NCBI GenBank assembly: GCA_025594325.1
Contig: JANHCV010000018.1
Coordinates: 62,001 to 126,000, forward strand
Direction: 5' to 3'
Source: Blastocladiella emersonii ATCC 22665
Taxonomy: Eukaryota; Fungi; Blastocladiomycota
Length of the DNA stretch: 64,000 nt
The notes below the pieces were generated by a model. It made no database searches and was not told the origin of the DNA. It saw nothing but the letters and a program-made list of their open reading frames with translations. Below are positions 35,890-46,127 of this stretch, in pieces. The translations under genes and the position numbers were made by a program. Position 1 is the stretch's first letter. Each line of letters starts with the position of its first letter.

Positions 35890-35947
35890 GACGGACGGGC
35901 GGACGGGTTGATATGATTTACATTGTTTTCACCCTGCTCCGTCAAGC

Positions 35948-36913
35948 TCATATCCGTGTCTCGGGCGCATCCCCGCCGGTCAGCTCGCAGATGGCGGCGG
36001 AGATGGCGGCGACCGTGTTGCGGAGGCCGAACAGGAACTGCGCGTCGGGCCCGGCGGTCCCGGTGGCGAGGTCGGCGTGGGCAAAGTCGATCCAGTGCAT
36101 CTGCACCGTACTGGCGGGCGATGGTGCGGACGCCGAGTAGGCAAAGAGCAGCGAGGTGCGGACAAAGACGGCGCCGTCGAGTCGCTCGGCCACGGCGAGG
36201 AGGTCCGCGACGAGGTCGCGCATGCGGGCCAGGACGGCGATGCGCTCGGACGGCGGGGCCACGTCGCGCGTGAAGTCGAGAAAGGCCGCGTGCACGGTCG
36301 CCGCCGTAAGCGCGCGGCCGTACTCCTTGCCGAACGTGTCGTACTCGCAGTCACCGCCGCTGCCGTCGCCGTCGGCGCACGCGCACCCGCGGTGAGACGG
36401 CCGGGCGCGGCAGCAGGCGCAGTCGCTGCGGTGCAGGCGCATGCCGCTGACGCGCAGGCCGGCGGTGCCCGAGGTGGTGGCGAGGGCGGCGCGCTGCTTG
36501 ACCAGCCGGCGCTCGGGCGAGGCGTTTGGGTCGTGCAGCTGCGAGCCGACCTTGACGTCGAGGATGCAGGGCGCGTGCAGGCCGGCGACGACGTTGGCGA
36601 GGCGGATGGCGCACGAGAACTTGGGCGCGGGAGCGCGCACGGCGCCGTGGCGCGGGTCGTGCTCGCCGAGGAAGGGCGGCAGGAAGCGCAGCAGCGGCGA
36701 GGGCGGGTCGGCGGCGGCGGCGACGGCGCGGTAGAAGTCGCGCTCGGCGGGCAGGCACGGCTTGGCCAGCACGCCGCCGGCCGCGTCGAGCACGGCGAGC
36801 GCGCCGCGGCCCGCGACCTGCGCGGCGAACAGGGGCAGCGTTAGCGTCGCCGCGCTGGCCTTGGCGGCTGCGGCCGCGGGCGGGTCGGCGATGGCGTGGG
36901 CGCGCGCGAGCAT
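35948..36913 (-). CDS. Inositol polyphosphate kinase (IPK family; IPMK/Ipk2-like)
   Basis: 321-aa ORF with PCILDVKVG (PxxxDxKxG), GLRVSGM, SLLF and IDFAH motifs. Confidence 0.92.
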   Translation of the reverse strand: MLARAHAIADPPAAAAAKASAATLTLPLFAAQVAGRGALAVLDAAGGVLAKPCLPAERDFYRAVAAAADPPSPLLRFLPPFLGEHDPRHGAVRAPAPKFSCAIRLANVVAGLHAPCILDVKVGSQLHDPNASPERRLVKQRAALATTSGTAGLRVSGMRLHRSDCACCRARPSHRGCACADGDGSGGDCEYDTFGKEYGRALTAATVHAAFLDFTRDVAPPSERIAVLARMRDLVADLLAVAERLDGAVFVRTSLLFAYSASAPSPASTVQMHWIDFAHADLATGTAGPDAQFLFGLRNTVAAISAAICELTGGDAPETRI

Positions 36914-37209
36914 GGTTTCATTCGGTGCGTAGCGCGTAGCGGGTCGCGGGTCGGATGGCGGCGGCGGCAGTGGGAGGGGAGCGGGAGGGGGGTCTCTGAC
37001 GACGACGCGGCCGAGTCACCCTGCACCGTCGCGCGCGTCGCCGCCAAGCATCACGGCGCTGCGCCACAACCCTTCATTCATGCAGCGGGGGCGATGGCGT
37101 GACGCTCCGCCGCGGCGTGAGTGGCGCTCGCCCGCACGAGCCGAAACGCGACGCGTCGCGGCGGTCCCCCTCTCGCCGCTCGCCCGCCACGACGACGCAC
37201 TGTATCACC

Positions 37210-39967
37210 ATGAAAGCTCATGCAACGGCGAGACAGGCCGACCCGCCGTCGCGGCTGCCCGCCCCTCGCGCCGCGGTCCCCCTGACCCATGTCTCGGCGA
37301 CCCCCGCCCACCGCGAGCCCGTCCGCGTGCGCATCCGCGTCAAGCGCGACGACGCCGAGCGGCTGCGCGCCCACGCCCTCGGCCGTCCCGAGCCCCGCCC
37401 CAAGTGGACGCCCGACCAGCGCGCCGAGATCCACGCCGCGTTCCGCCAGTGGCGCGTGCTCGCCGCCCGTTCCCACGCGCTCTGGCGCATGCGCCTCAAG
37501 GCCGACGTCAAGCTTCACTACGCCCGCTGCTCGCGCCTTCTTGCCGCTTGGTCGGCCGCGCTCCGCCAGCGCCAACGGGCGCGACTCGCGGACCAGCACC
37601 GTATGTTCGACAGCGACGTGTACGACACCGGAGCTCACCGCGTTGCTCGACTGTAGGCAACTCGCGGGTGGCCAGGTCAACTTTGCAGTTGTGGACAGCA
37701 GCACTCGCGCGTCGTCGAACTCTTCATGCAACGACGGCGAAAGCCGAGCAATGGCACGCCGCGAGCCTCGCCGCGGTCTCCTTCTTCACCTGGCTGCTTC
37801 GCCTGCGCTCTCGCCGCCGCATCGAGTATCTCACCGCTGTCGCCGAGCGCAACCACACCATTTCTCTGCTTCACGCCGCCCTGGCTCGATGGCAGGCGGC
37901 AGCAGCCGAGACCCGCCGCCTACGCCCCCGTCTTCGCCTCGCCGACGCCCACGTCGCCGAATGTACCAAGCTTGTCGCCCCACCGCGTGGCGCGGCGCGC
38001 TCGAACAGAAGCAGCGCGAGGACGCTTTGATCGCCGACTCTGCGTCCTCAGCTCAATCACGGACCCAGCGCTCTCTCTTTCACCTGTGGCGGGCCCGGGC
38101 CCGAGCGCGCATGGATGCTGGCACGGCCGCCGACGCTTACTACCAGCAGTTGCTCGCGCGCCGTAACCCGGATTGGAGACTCGACCTGCTTGCTGACGCG
38201 TGGTCCGTCTGGAAGAACCGCCTCACCCGAGTCCGCGAGCTCGACGCGACGGCGGACCAGTTCACTCAGCAGCGACATCGGGCGCTTCTCGTTCGAAACA
38301 TGTCCGCTTGGCGCGCGCGCCGGTCGCACAACCTGACCGCGATCACGACAGCTGACCGGCTCCGACTCGCGCACCTGTGGCAGCGGTGGCGGCGAAGTGG
38401 CGGGTGGGACGAGGCCGCGTCACTCTCGCGCAGACGGCTTCTCATCGGCGCGCTCGCCGCTTGGAAGGACGCCTTTGCGAAACGGGTCCGTGCCCGCGCC
38501 GCCGCGGTCCTCGCTATCCGACACGACCGCGTGCGTCGCATGGCCCTCGTGCTGCGGGGCCTTCGCGCGAACGTGGCACTCGTTCACACTCGACGGGCCA
38601 ACGTCGCGACTGCTGATCGGTGGCACCAACGAAGACTCGCAGCAGCAGTTTTGTCGGCATGGCAGGGCTCCCTCGACTTTCGCCGTGATGCAGCACGCGC
38701 GATGCGACGAGCCGCCGACGCCGACCGTGCCCGCATTCTCTCTCGAGCCCTTGGCGGGTGGCGCCTGTGGTTTGTCCTTAAGCAGCTGCGCGCCCGGTAC
38801 GCGCACCTCGCCGACGCGTACGCACGCAGCCGACTCGTCACGCTTACTCTCCTGGACTGGCAATCTCGGGCTCGCGCTGCCCAGTCGAACCGCGAGGCCG
38901 ACGCTCGTGCTCAGACCCTTTCAGTGGCGCTTCGTCAGCGGTCGGCGCTGCAGCGATGGCGACTCGCGCTCATGGACCGCGTGCGGGAACGCGCTCTTGT
39001 CGACCACGCCCGCTCGTCCCGAACAACCCGCCTTGGTGCCTCCGCGCTTGCCGCATGGCGGGAGTGGGCGCTCACCAAGAAGCGGCGGCGCGAGGCAACT
39101 GCTTCTGCTGATCAACACGCGCGCCGGCTCGCAGTCGGCCGAGTCTTCCGCTTCATGGCCGCCGAGCTTGCTCTCAACCGCGAGGGCGACCGCCAGTGTC
39201 GCGTCTTGACCCAGCGACGGACTCTCAGCCGCTGGCTCGCCGCGCTCGACTCGGTCTATTCCGCCAAGGCGCGCGTCGCGGCGCACCAGGAGACTCTCGG
39301 TCGACGTACGCTTTCTTTAACCCCAACCGCCCGAGAACATCGCTGACCGTTTACTCCCGCGAGTGTAGTCGCCTTGGAACGGCACTTCTACGCGTGGCTG
39401 CTGTTCGCCAAGTCGTCGGTCCTCCACCGCTACCGGCAGGACCGCGCCGACGCGTTCCTCCTCGTCCATCACGGCGCGCGTGTCTTCCGCGACTGGCGAG
39501 CGCGCGCCCAGGTCAAGCGCGACGACTGGGCTCGCGCGTGCCGCGCCGACGCTGTTTACCGGTACCGCCTGCTCGTCCGCACCTTTGCGACGTGGCGCGC
39601 ACGGCGGACCGACTGGAAGGCGGCCCACGCGCTCTCGGTTGTGCGCCCGCGCGAGTTCCACACGGCCACGGTCCTCCGCAACGCGCTGCGCGGCTGGCAC
39701 CGCGTCGTCCTCGACCGGCGCGCCGTCGCGTGGCGGCTCGCGTTCGCCGACAAGTGGAGGCACCCTCGCTCCGTCGGCGACGGCGAGTTGAGAGCTGTTC
39801 TACCGGAGCCCTCCGTCATGCTGCTCGAGCCGAGCCCGCGCCGAAGCGACGCTGCCCGCCATCACCGCGAGGACGACAATCACGACGACGATCCTGGTCC
39901 GAGACCGCGGCCGCGGCCACGCGCGTGGGCCGGAGACCTCGCCGCTCTGCTCAATGTACATTCCTGA
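37210..39967 (+). CDS. SFI1: SFI1-like centrin-binding repeat protein, multi-exon, with an apparent frameshift near 37980
   Basis: Many Trp-anchored helical repeats (AAFRQWR, LLAAWS, LFHLWR, AWSVWK, LAAWK, LSAWQ, LGGWR, LLDWQ, FRDWR, FATWR). Introns at about 37601-37656 and 39306-39369. Confidence 0.75.
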
Positions 39968-40089
39968 GATACACGTATGCGCTGCCGTCCCCGCGTCCGC
40001 CGCCGCCGTGGTCAGGAGCAGGCGGCCGCGGCGCGCGCTCGCTCTCTCCGACTCGGGTCATACACCACCATGCCATGTAACGCGACTTG

Positions 40090-40726
40090 ATGCAACCGCC
40101 GCCCTACGCCATGGCGCTTCACCATCTGGCCTCGAGCGCGAGCTTCTGCGCCCGCGCGACGCTCGTCGTGCTCTACTTCCAGGACGCGCGGCTGCTCCTC
40201 CTGCTCGTTCGCTGGTTCCTGACGGGCGTCCTGTGCGCTGTCATGCCCACGTCCAACGTCGGCCGCGCCTTCCTGTGGATCCTCGTCTTCAACGGTCTCG
40301 CCGCGCTGATCCACGTCGCGGGCGCCACCAGTCCGACGGCGCGTGGGCCGTCCCTCGTTGTCGACTTTATCGGCAGCCGTACGTGCTTTCCCCCCTTGGA
40401 ACGCGGCTGCTGCACCACTGAACAGTTCCCTCGACACCTACATAGCGTACCCGCCGTCCGCGTGGAAGCTGCTGGCCAACGACGCGCTCGCAACGGCGCT
40501 CCAGCTGCTGCACGCGTACGCGACGCACCTCTCGGCCATCCCCAACTACCAGCCGCCACCAGACCTCACCCACGACGGCAGCGACGACGGCGACGTGGCC
40601 GCCCTCGACTCCGAGTCGTTCATCGACGACGGCAACCCGCTGGTCCTCGACTTTTCGCGTGCCGACCTGCGCCGCCTGGTCAAAGGCGAGCCGCCGCTCG
40701 AGGCACAGGACTTTCTCCCTGCATGA
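40090..40726 (+). CDS. DUF1746 family membrane protein (fungal Dsc4/Vld1-like), 2 exons
   Basis: VLYFQDARLLLLLVRW...FNGLAALIH...SLVVDFIG, then intron, then PPSAWKLLANDALATALQLL, matching the DUF1746 pattern. Confidence 0.75.
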
Positions 40727-40871
40727 TGCTCGTTGTATCGGTACTTGATATGGCAAGGTCTCTTCAACGTATTATTCCTCTCATCGCGTGCGGAAAAGTG
40801 AAGGCGACCTAAATAGCGACGACCCGCGTGGCGGGACGCTCTCTCTCCCGCCGCAAGTTTGATCACACAAT

Positions 40872-42698
40872 ATGAATCACGAATACGATGCCAATGGAGA
40901 CTCGCTTATGGAGCTGGACACCCGGCCGAATCCCGCCAACTGGGACGAATGGATGCCCGAGGACCTTGATGATGGACAGCCGCTCAATCTCGAGGACCGC
41001 GCCGGGATACTACGTGCACAGTGCCTATCGCTGCTTGACCAGCTCGGCGGTTGGAGTGCGGCTGGCACGCTCGACAACGGCGGATCGTCGTGGTCCCTGC
41101 TTCACGGCGGCGCGTGCTACGTGTGGCCGGGTCCGCGCGGTCTCCCGACGCCGATTGACGGGCTGCACAAGCTTGAGGCTGCGCTGCGCGCCGAACTCGG
41201 GTTCCTCGACGACTTGCTCGCCAATCCAGCCCGGATCACTGCCTCAAACGTGGCGTCAAGCAACCTCGCGCACCTCGAGGCTGTCGTCGCCACGCTGATG
41301 ATCGAACCGCACCCCGTCGCCGTGTTCAAGACTTTCACCTACTCGGCCCCGTGCTCCGAGTGCTACGGCGCAGAGCAGCGGCAGCTGTGTGTGTGCAGCC
41401 CCGTCGACCGTGCCACTCGTGAGCTCGAGCGCCGGGTCCGCATCGACGTGGTTGCGGATCACGGCCGGCAGTGGATCAAGCTGCGCGCGAGCGGGCCTCG
41501 TGCGATCATGTCCGAGTTCCTCACGCCCCAGCAGCAGTCGTCCCACTCTTCGAACGGCAGCGCCGGTGGCACGCAGCTGTTGGAGTACGCCAAGTGTGCG
41601 CGGGCCAACCCTGTCCTCGGACTCGTCCCGCAGCTGCATTTCCGCTTCACTCGCGTCGCGGGCGGGCAGCTCGACCCGCGAGTGCACTCGCAGCTTTATG
41701 ATGCTGGGTTCCACGTCACCACCGCAACGCCCAGCGCTTTTGCGAACCATTGCGGTCCAGTCGATCTGGCGCGGCCCGTCCACTGCAACCACTCGAGTCT
41801 TGCATCGCTTGTTCCCACGCTGACCTCAACCATCAACCTTGACTGCTCAACACTCATCGCGCTGACGTCGGAGCTGCCTCACACTCGCGCGCTTCCACCA
41901 GCCGTCGCAGCGCATCCATCCTTTGCGGCGCAGCTCGCGACCGAGCTTGCTTCACCACTACTCGGACCCCTCGTCGCTGCACTGCAGCCGTGCTCCCTGG
42001 TTGTCACGCAGCGCGCACTGGACCGGTTCCGCGACATTCTACGCACCGTCGCTGGCCCGCGCGAGCGGATCCGCGGCATGTTCCTCCTGCCCAGACTTGT
42101 GGCACCTGGTGACGTGGCCGATGGACACGACGACGTGCGCATGTTCGTTGACCCGGTTGCTGAACAAGCGGCAACTGAGGCTGGGCTTGCCGCGAGGCAG
42201 GAATCAGGCGCAGTACCACTGCTCCACCCTGACCTCCGCGAGATTCTCGGCCCGCTCGTGCACCTTCCGCTCATGGCCGGCGTCCCCAACCACGCGTCCG
42301 CACGGTTCACGGAGCTGCGGCGCATCACCGAGGGCGCCGATGCGCGGGCGGCCGCTATCGGTCTGTCCTCCCTGAGCGCGCGCGAGCGTCGGCGACACGA
42401 ACAGGCGGGCACTCGTGCTGGCGCGATCGTGTACGTCAACGGGCGGCGGCCGCGCAGGCTCGAGCGGGCGCGCCTCGACGTTTTCGGGACGGGCGACGCG
42501 CTCGGCGCCGTCACGGTCACGGCCAACGTCTCCTTCGTCCGATCCGTCCAGGAGCTCACCATCCCCGTCCCGGCGTGGACGCACCAGCCGAGGTCGCTCA
42601 CGGAGCTCAAGGCGCTCATGGAGACGCGGTGCAATGTCCTCCCGCAGCAGCTCGAGGCCGAGCGCAGGGCCAAGGGGCACCCGCGGGATCGTGATTAA
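40872..42698 (+). CDS. DUF1308 / UPF0415 (C7orf25-like) protein
   Basis: 608-aa ORF with SSNLAHLEAV, IDVVADHGRQWIK, TINLDCSTLIALTSEL, DVFGTGD...TVTAN and HQPRSLTE motifs. Confidence 0.85.
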   Translation: MNHEYDANGDSLMELDTRPNPANWDEWMPEDLDDGQPLNLEDRAGILRAQCLSLLDQLGGWSAAGTLDNGGSSWSLLHGGACYVWPGPRGLPTPIDGLHKLEAALRAELGFLDDLLANPARITASNVASSNLAHLEAVVATLMIEPHPVAVFKTFTYSAPCSECYGAEQRQLCVCSPVDRATRELERRVRIDVVADHGRQWIKLRASGPRAIMSEFLTPQQQSSHSSNGSAGGTQLLEYAKCARANPVLGLVPQLHFRFTRVAGGQLDPRVHSQLYDAGFHVTTATPSAFANHCGPVDLARPVHCNHSSLASLVPTLTSTINLDCSTLIALTSELPHTRALPPAVAAHPSFAAQLATELASPLLGPLVAALQPCSLVVTQRALDRFRDILRTVAGPRERIRGMFLLPRLVAPGDVADGHDDVRMFVDPVAEQAATEAGLAARQESGAVPLLHPDLREILGPLVHLPLMAGVPNHASARFTELRRITEGADARAAAIGLSSLSARERRRHEQAGTRAGAIVYVNGRRPRRLERARLDVFGTGDALGAVTVTANVSFVRSVQELTIPVPAWTHQPRSLTELKALMETRCNVLPQQLEAERRAKGHPRDRD

Positions 42699-42926
42699 AA
42701 TTATGAGTTGAACGTATCTCTGAGCTTCGCGTTGAACCATTATACACGACTTGAATCATTCTCTCCGACCAAGGCCACCTATTTGAATCATCCGAATAGA
42801 GTCACCTGCCCGCAGCTGATCGCTGCTCCAAACGGAGCGGCCGCCTCCGCCGCTCTCCTCCTCCACTGCTCATCGCCAACGCTGCACTGCCACGCCCAAC
42901 TATAACCGCTAGTCCTTTGAGACACC

Positions 42927-43794
42927 ATGCAACGCTTCTCGATCGCCCCGCGCGCGGCGCTGCACACGTCCCGGCGCCTGCTCGCCGAGTCCGCGTCTGC
43001 TCCCGCCGAGGCCGCGGCCCAGGGCACCGGGCGCAAGGGCCGCCGCTCCACCGTCGACACGTGGCTGGCCGGCCCCGGCAAGATCTTCGAGACGGCCCAG
43101 CCCGGCATGGCCAACTTCGTCAGCCGCCGCTCCGAACAGCCCTTCCCGATGAACCCGCTGTTCCGCCCCGCACCACCGCTGAGCGACCAGATCCGCGAGG
43201 ACATCTTCAAGTCGTACAACGCCGACCCGAGCAAATCCACCATCTCGAGCATCGCTGTCCGCTTCCGCCTCTCGGAGCAGCGCATCCGCGCCGTCCTCAA
43301 GCTCAAGGCCCACGAGAAGGAGCTGGTCGGCAAGGGCGGCGTCCTCCAGTCCGACTTCCGTGTCGGCATGGAGCGCCTCCTGCGGCACCAGCGCGCCCCG
43401 CCCCTCGTCGACGTGAGCTTCATCAAGCCGATCCGCGCCGACCCGCCCTACCTTCTCGCTCTCGACGAGGACGCTGTCTTTGGCAAGGAGGTACGTTGCG
43501 CATCGCTGGCTCTGCCGCGGTCAGCGGGGCCATGTCGACTTGTCAACACTGGCCCACCCGCCCGCCGACCTTATTGACATTGACGCTCGCGTGCATGAAT
43601 AGGATGCGCTCCATCTCCTCAAGGGCAAGAACGCCGCGCACGAGGGCACCCGTGCACCCAAGCCGGCCAAGGCCGCCGTGGCGGAGCCCCTCATCCGCGA
43701 GACCAAGCGTGGACGCTTCGTCTTCAACCTGTCCGCGTCGGTCCCGCAAGGCCATGTCAAGCGGATCTACAAGCAGGTCCTCAAGACGTACTGA
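42927..43794 (+). CDS. MRPS35: Mitochondrial ribosomal small-subunit protein mS45 (yeast Mrps35/Bot1 family), 2 exons
   Basis: Mitochondrial-type presequence, then PFPMNPLFRPAPPLSDQIREDIF...IAVRFRLSEQRIRAVLKLK. An intron follows FGKE and the last exon ends VLKTY*. Confidence 0.8.
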
Positions 43795-44188
43795 GCTCTT
43801 AGTCGGTGGATTCCGAGGGCAACACCATATATTTCGTATCTTACCTCACATGCTCGCGTCCATCGACCTGCCCGCTGGCCGGTCTTTGCGGTTCACCGTG
43901 CGTCACGCCTTGCGCCGATTCCGTTGCACCCCCTGCGCGCGGTGATTGTTCGAGTGCTGACTTGTGAACGTTCCGCAGAGGCTTGGTTGGACTCGGGTGC
44001 TGAACTCAAGTCATGACACGCTATTTCTGGGAGCAGGACGTGCGACCTGCAGGGCCTTGCAGATCGCGTATAAGAGGGCACGCGTCCCTCGATGACCCAC
44101 GGAAACCAGGTAACTCAAGCACTTTGCACGACCGTAGACCCCTTAGAGGAGTCCCGATTCCATCAACTCGCCCATCACGTCCCGCGCC

Positions 44189-44797
44189 ATGAAGCTCTCC
44201 CTGCTCCTCGCTGGCTGCCTTGTCGCTTCCGTCGCCGCAGCGCCTTCGTACAACAGCGGCGGTGGCTACGGCGCAGGGATCACGGCCCCGCCGACTCCTG
44301 TGCCTTCGACAACTGCCGGATTCCCGCCATCGCAGACGGCCACCTCGACGTCCGCCGTGCCTCCCAAGCCTACCGGCAACTATGGCTCCGGTGGTGGCTC
44401 GGCCGGTTACGACGGTGGTCGCGCCTCTCCGGGCTACAACGGCAACAACGGAGGGACCGGCAGCCCGAACGGCGGAGGCTATGGGACTGGAACGACTCGC
44501 CCAGCGGTAGACCCGAGCAACGGCTACACGTCGCTCGTCAGCGATGGTCGCGCCGCGGCGCCGACCGCGGGCGCAGACGGCTACGGCGCGCGCCCAATTC
44601 CAACTGAAGTTGCGACGGCGCCCGCATACGAAGCTCCCGCGACCGCGACTCGTCAGGCTCCCGCTCCGGCCCAGGCGGCCTCGACCGACTCTCCCGCGAC
44701 GTACGGGTCGCTGTACCAAACGTCCTCGGCGGGTAGCGATCACGCGGGTACGGTCATCGTGGCCCTCGCCCTTGGTTTTGGCGCGCTGCTCATGTAG
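44189..44797 (+). CDS. Secreted, probably GPI-anchored G/S/T/P-rich surface protein (202 aa)
   Basis: Signal peptide MKLSLLLAGCLVASVAA, low-complexity body, and a C-terminal small-residue site plus hydrophobic tail (SSAGSDHAGTVIVALALGFGALLM). Confidence 0.75.
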   Translation: MKLSLLLAGCLVASVAAAPSYNSGGGYGAGITAPPTPVPSTTAGFPPSQTATSTSAVPPKPTGNYGSGGGSAGYDGGRASPGYNGNNGGTGSPNGGGYGTGTTRPAVDPSNGYTSLVSDGRAAAPTAGADGYGARPIPTEVATAPAYEAPATATRQAPAPAQAASTDSPATYGSLYQTSSAGSDHAGTVIVALALGFGALLM

Positions 44798-44991
44798 GCT
44801 GGTCCTCGAGCACGTTTCGTCCATGTTCCGTCCAATAAACCAATCCATGCAGTTGAGCAGCGTGATGAGTGAAAGGTAAAAAACAACTAAAACTATTGCA
44901 AGCAGATGAGAGGGGCACCGGTGAAGTAGTTCGCGGAGCTCGTCGGGGAGGGGATGTGAATGAAGGAAGCCATGGTGGTCACAACAGCGCT

Positions 44992-45822
44992 TTACTGGCC
45001 GTAGACGAGCTTGCGGACGTCGTGGATGCGGAGGCCCCGGCTCCTTGCCAGGTCGTCCGCGGTCTGCTGCATCTGCAGGGCCTTGAACGTGGCCTTGACC
45101 ACGTTGATAGGGTTCCGCGAGCCCATGACCTTGGCCGAAAGATCCGAGATACCGGCGCAGCGGCAGATCTCGTGGACGTTGGGGTTGGTGCGGATGCCGA
45201 AGCCGGGCGGCGCCGCGCGCATGGTGATGTGGGTGGCCTTGAAGGTGGTGTCGAGGTCGTGCAGGACGGTGCGCTCGTCGTAGCGGTCGACGGCGATCAT
45301 GTTCTTGATGGCGGCGGCCGTCGCCTTCTTCACGGCGCGGGGCGCCTCGGCGTCCTTGCCCTCGCCGTAGCCGACCGAGCCGTTCCCGTCGCCCACGACG
45401 ACTAGGGCGCTCATGCTCATGACCTTGCCGCCCTTGGTCACCTTGACGGTGCGGCGCATCGAGACGAGCGTCTTCTTGAGGTTCTTGGGGATGGCGTTGG
45501 CCTTGGCGCCCGTCGACTCGTACGGGGTCGCCGGGAGGGGCCCGTTGGCCGAGGCGGTGAAGGGGATGGCGATCTGCTCCAGCGTCTTGGCGGGGACGAA
45601 GACGGAGGGGTCGAGCTTCGCAGGGTCCTTGCTGAGCGGCTGGCGCCACATGCTCGTCGGCGTCACCTGCTTCTTGATGGGGAGCATGCGGACGAAGCGC
45701 TTGGGCGTCACCGAGGCCACGAGCGAGACCGCTGGCGTGGGCTGGCGCACGGCCTGCGTGGCCGGCGAGGCGAGCAGCGATGCCGCCTTGGTCGACGAGG
45801 CGAGCGTCGAGCGGGCAAACAT
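44992..45822 (-). CDS. MRPS5: Mitochondrial ribosomal protein uS5m
   Basis: Presequence MFARSTL..., then RRTVKVTKGGKVMSMSALVVVGDGNGSVGYGEGK, AIKNM, AAPPGFGI, CAGISDL and GSRNPINVVKATF (S5 N- and C-terminal domains). Confidence 0.95.
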   Translation of the reverse strand: MFARSTLASSTKAASLLASPATQAVRQPTPAVSLVASVTPKRFVRMLPIKKQVTPTSMWRQPLSKDPAKLDPSVFVPAKTLEQIAIPFTASANGPLPATPYESTGAKANAIPKNLKKTLVSMRRTVKVTKGGKVMSMSALVVVGDGNGSVGYGEGKDAEAPRAVKKATAAAIKNMIAVDRYDERTVLHDLDTTFKATHITMRAAPPGFGIRTNPNVHEICRCAGISDLSAKVMGSRNPINVVKATFKALQMQQTADDLARSRGLRIHDVRKLVYGQ

Positions 45823-46127
45823 GGCAGGGTCGATGCGTAGCAAGGTGGAGAGGATCGCGGCGGCGGGGCGTTGCACTAGGTTGCGCGGGTCCAAGATTTC
45901 ATGTACGCCGTCGGCGATGGGGCGGACCGCAGCGGCAGCGGCGCGACGTCAAACCCGGGCGAGCCACCCGCAAACTTGATCGGGGCGGCGGTCAGGCCGC
46001 ATCACATGATTGTTCGACGCCATCTTCGAGACGCGTTTCTCCCGGCCGGGCGCCAGGCCGGGCGCGCTTGGATCAGGCCGCCCGATCGACCACGCTCGCG
46101 CACGGACGCGATCCGCTCCATGAAACC

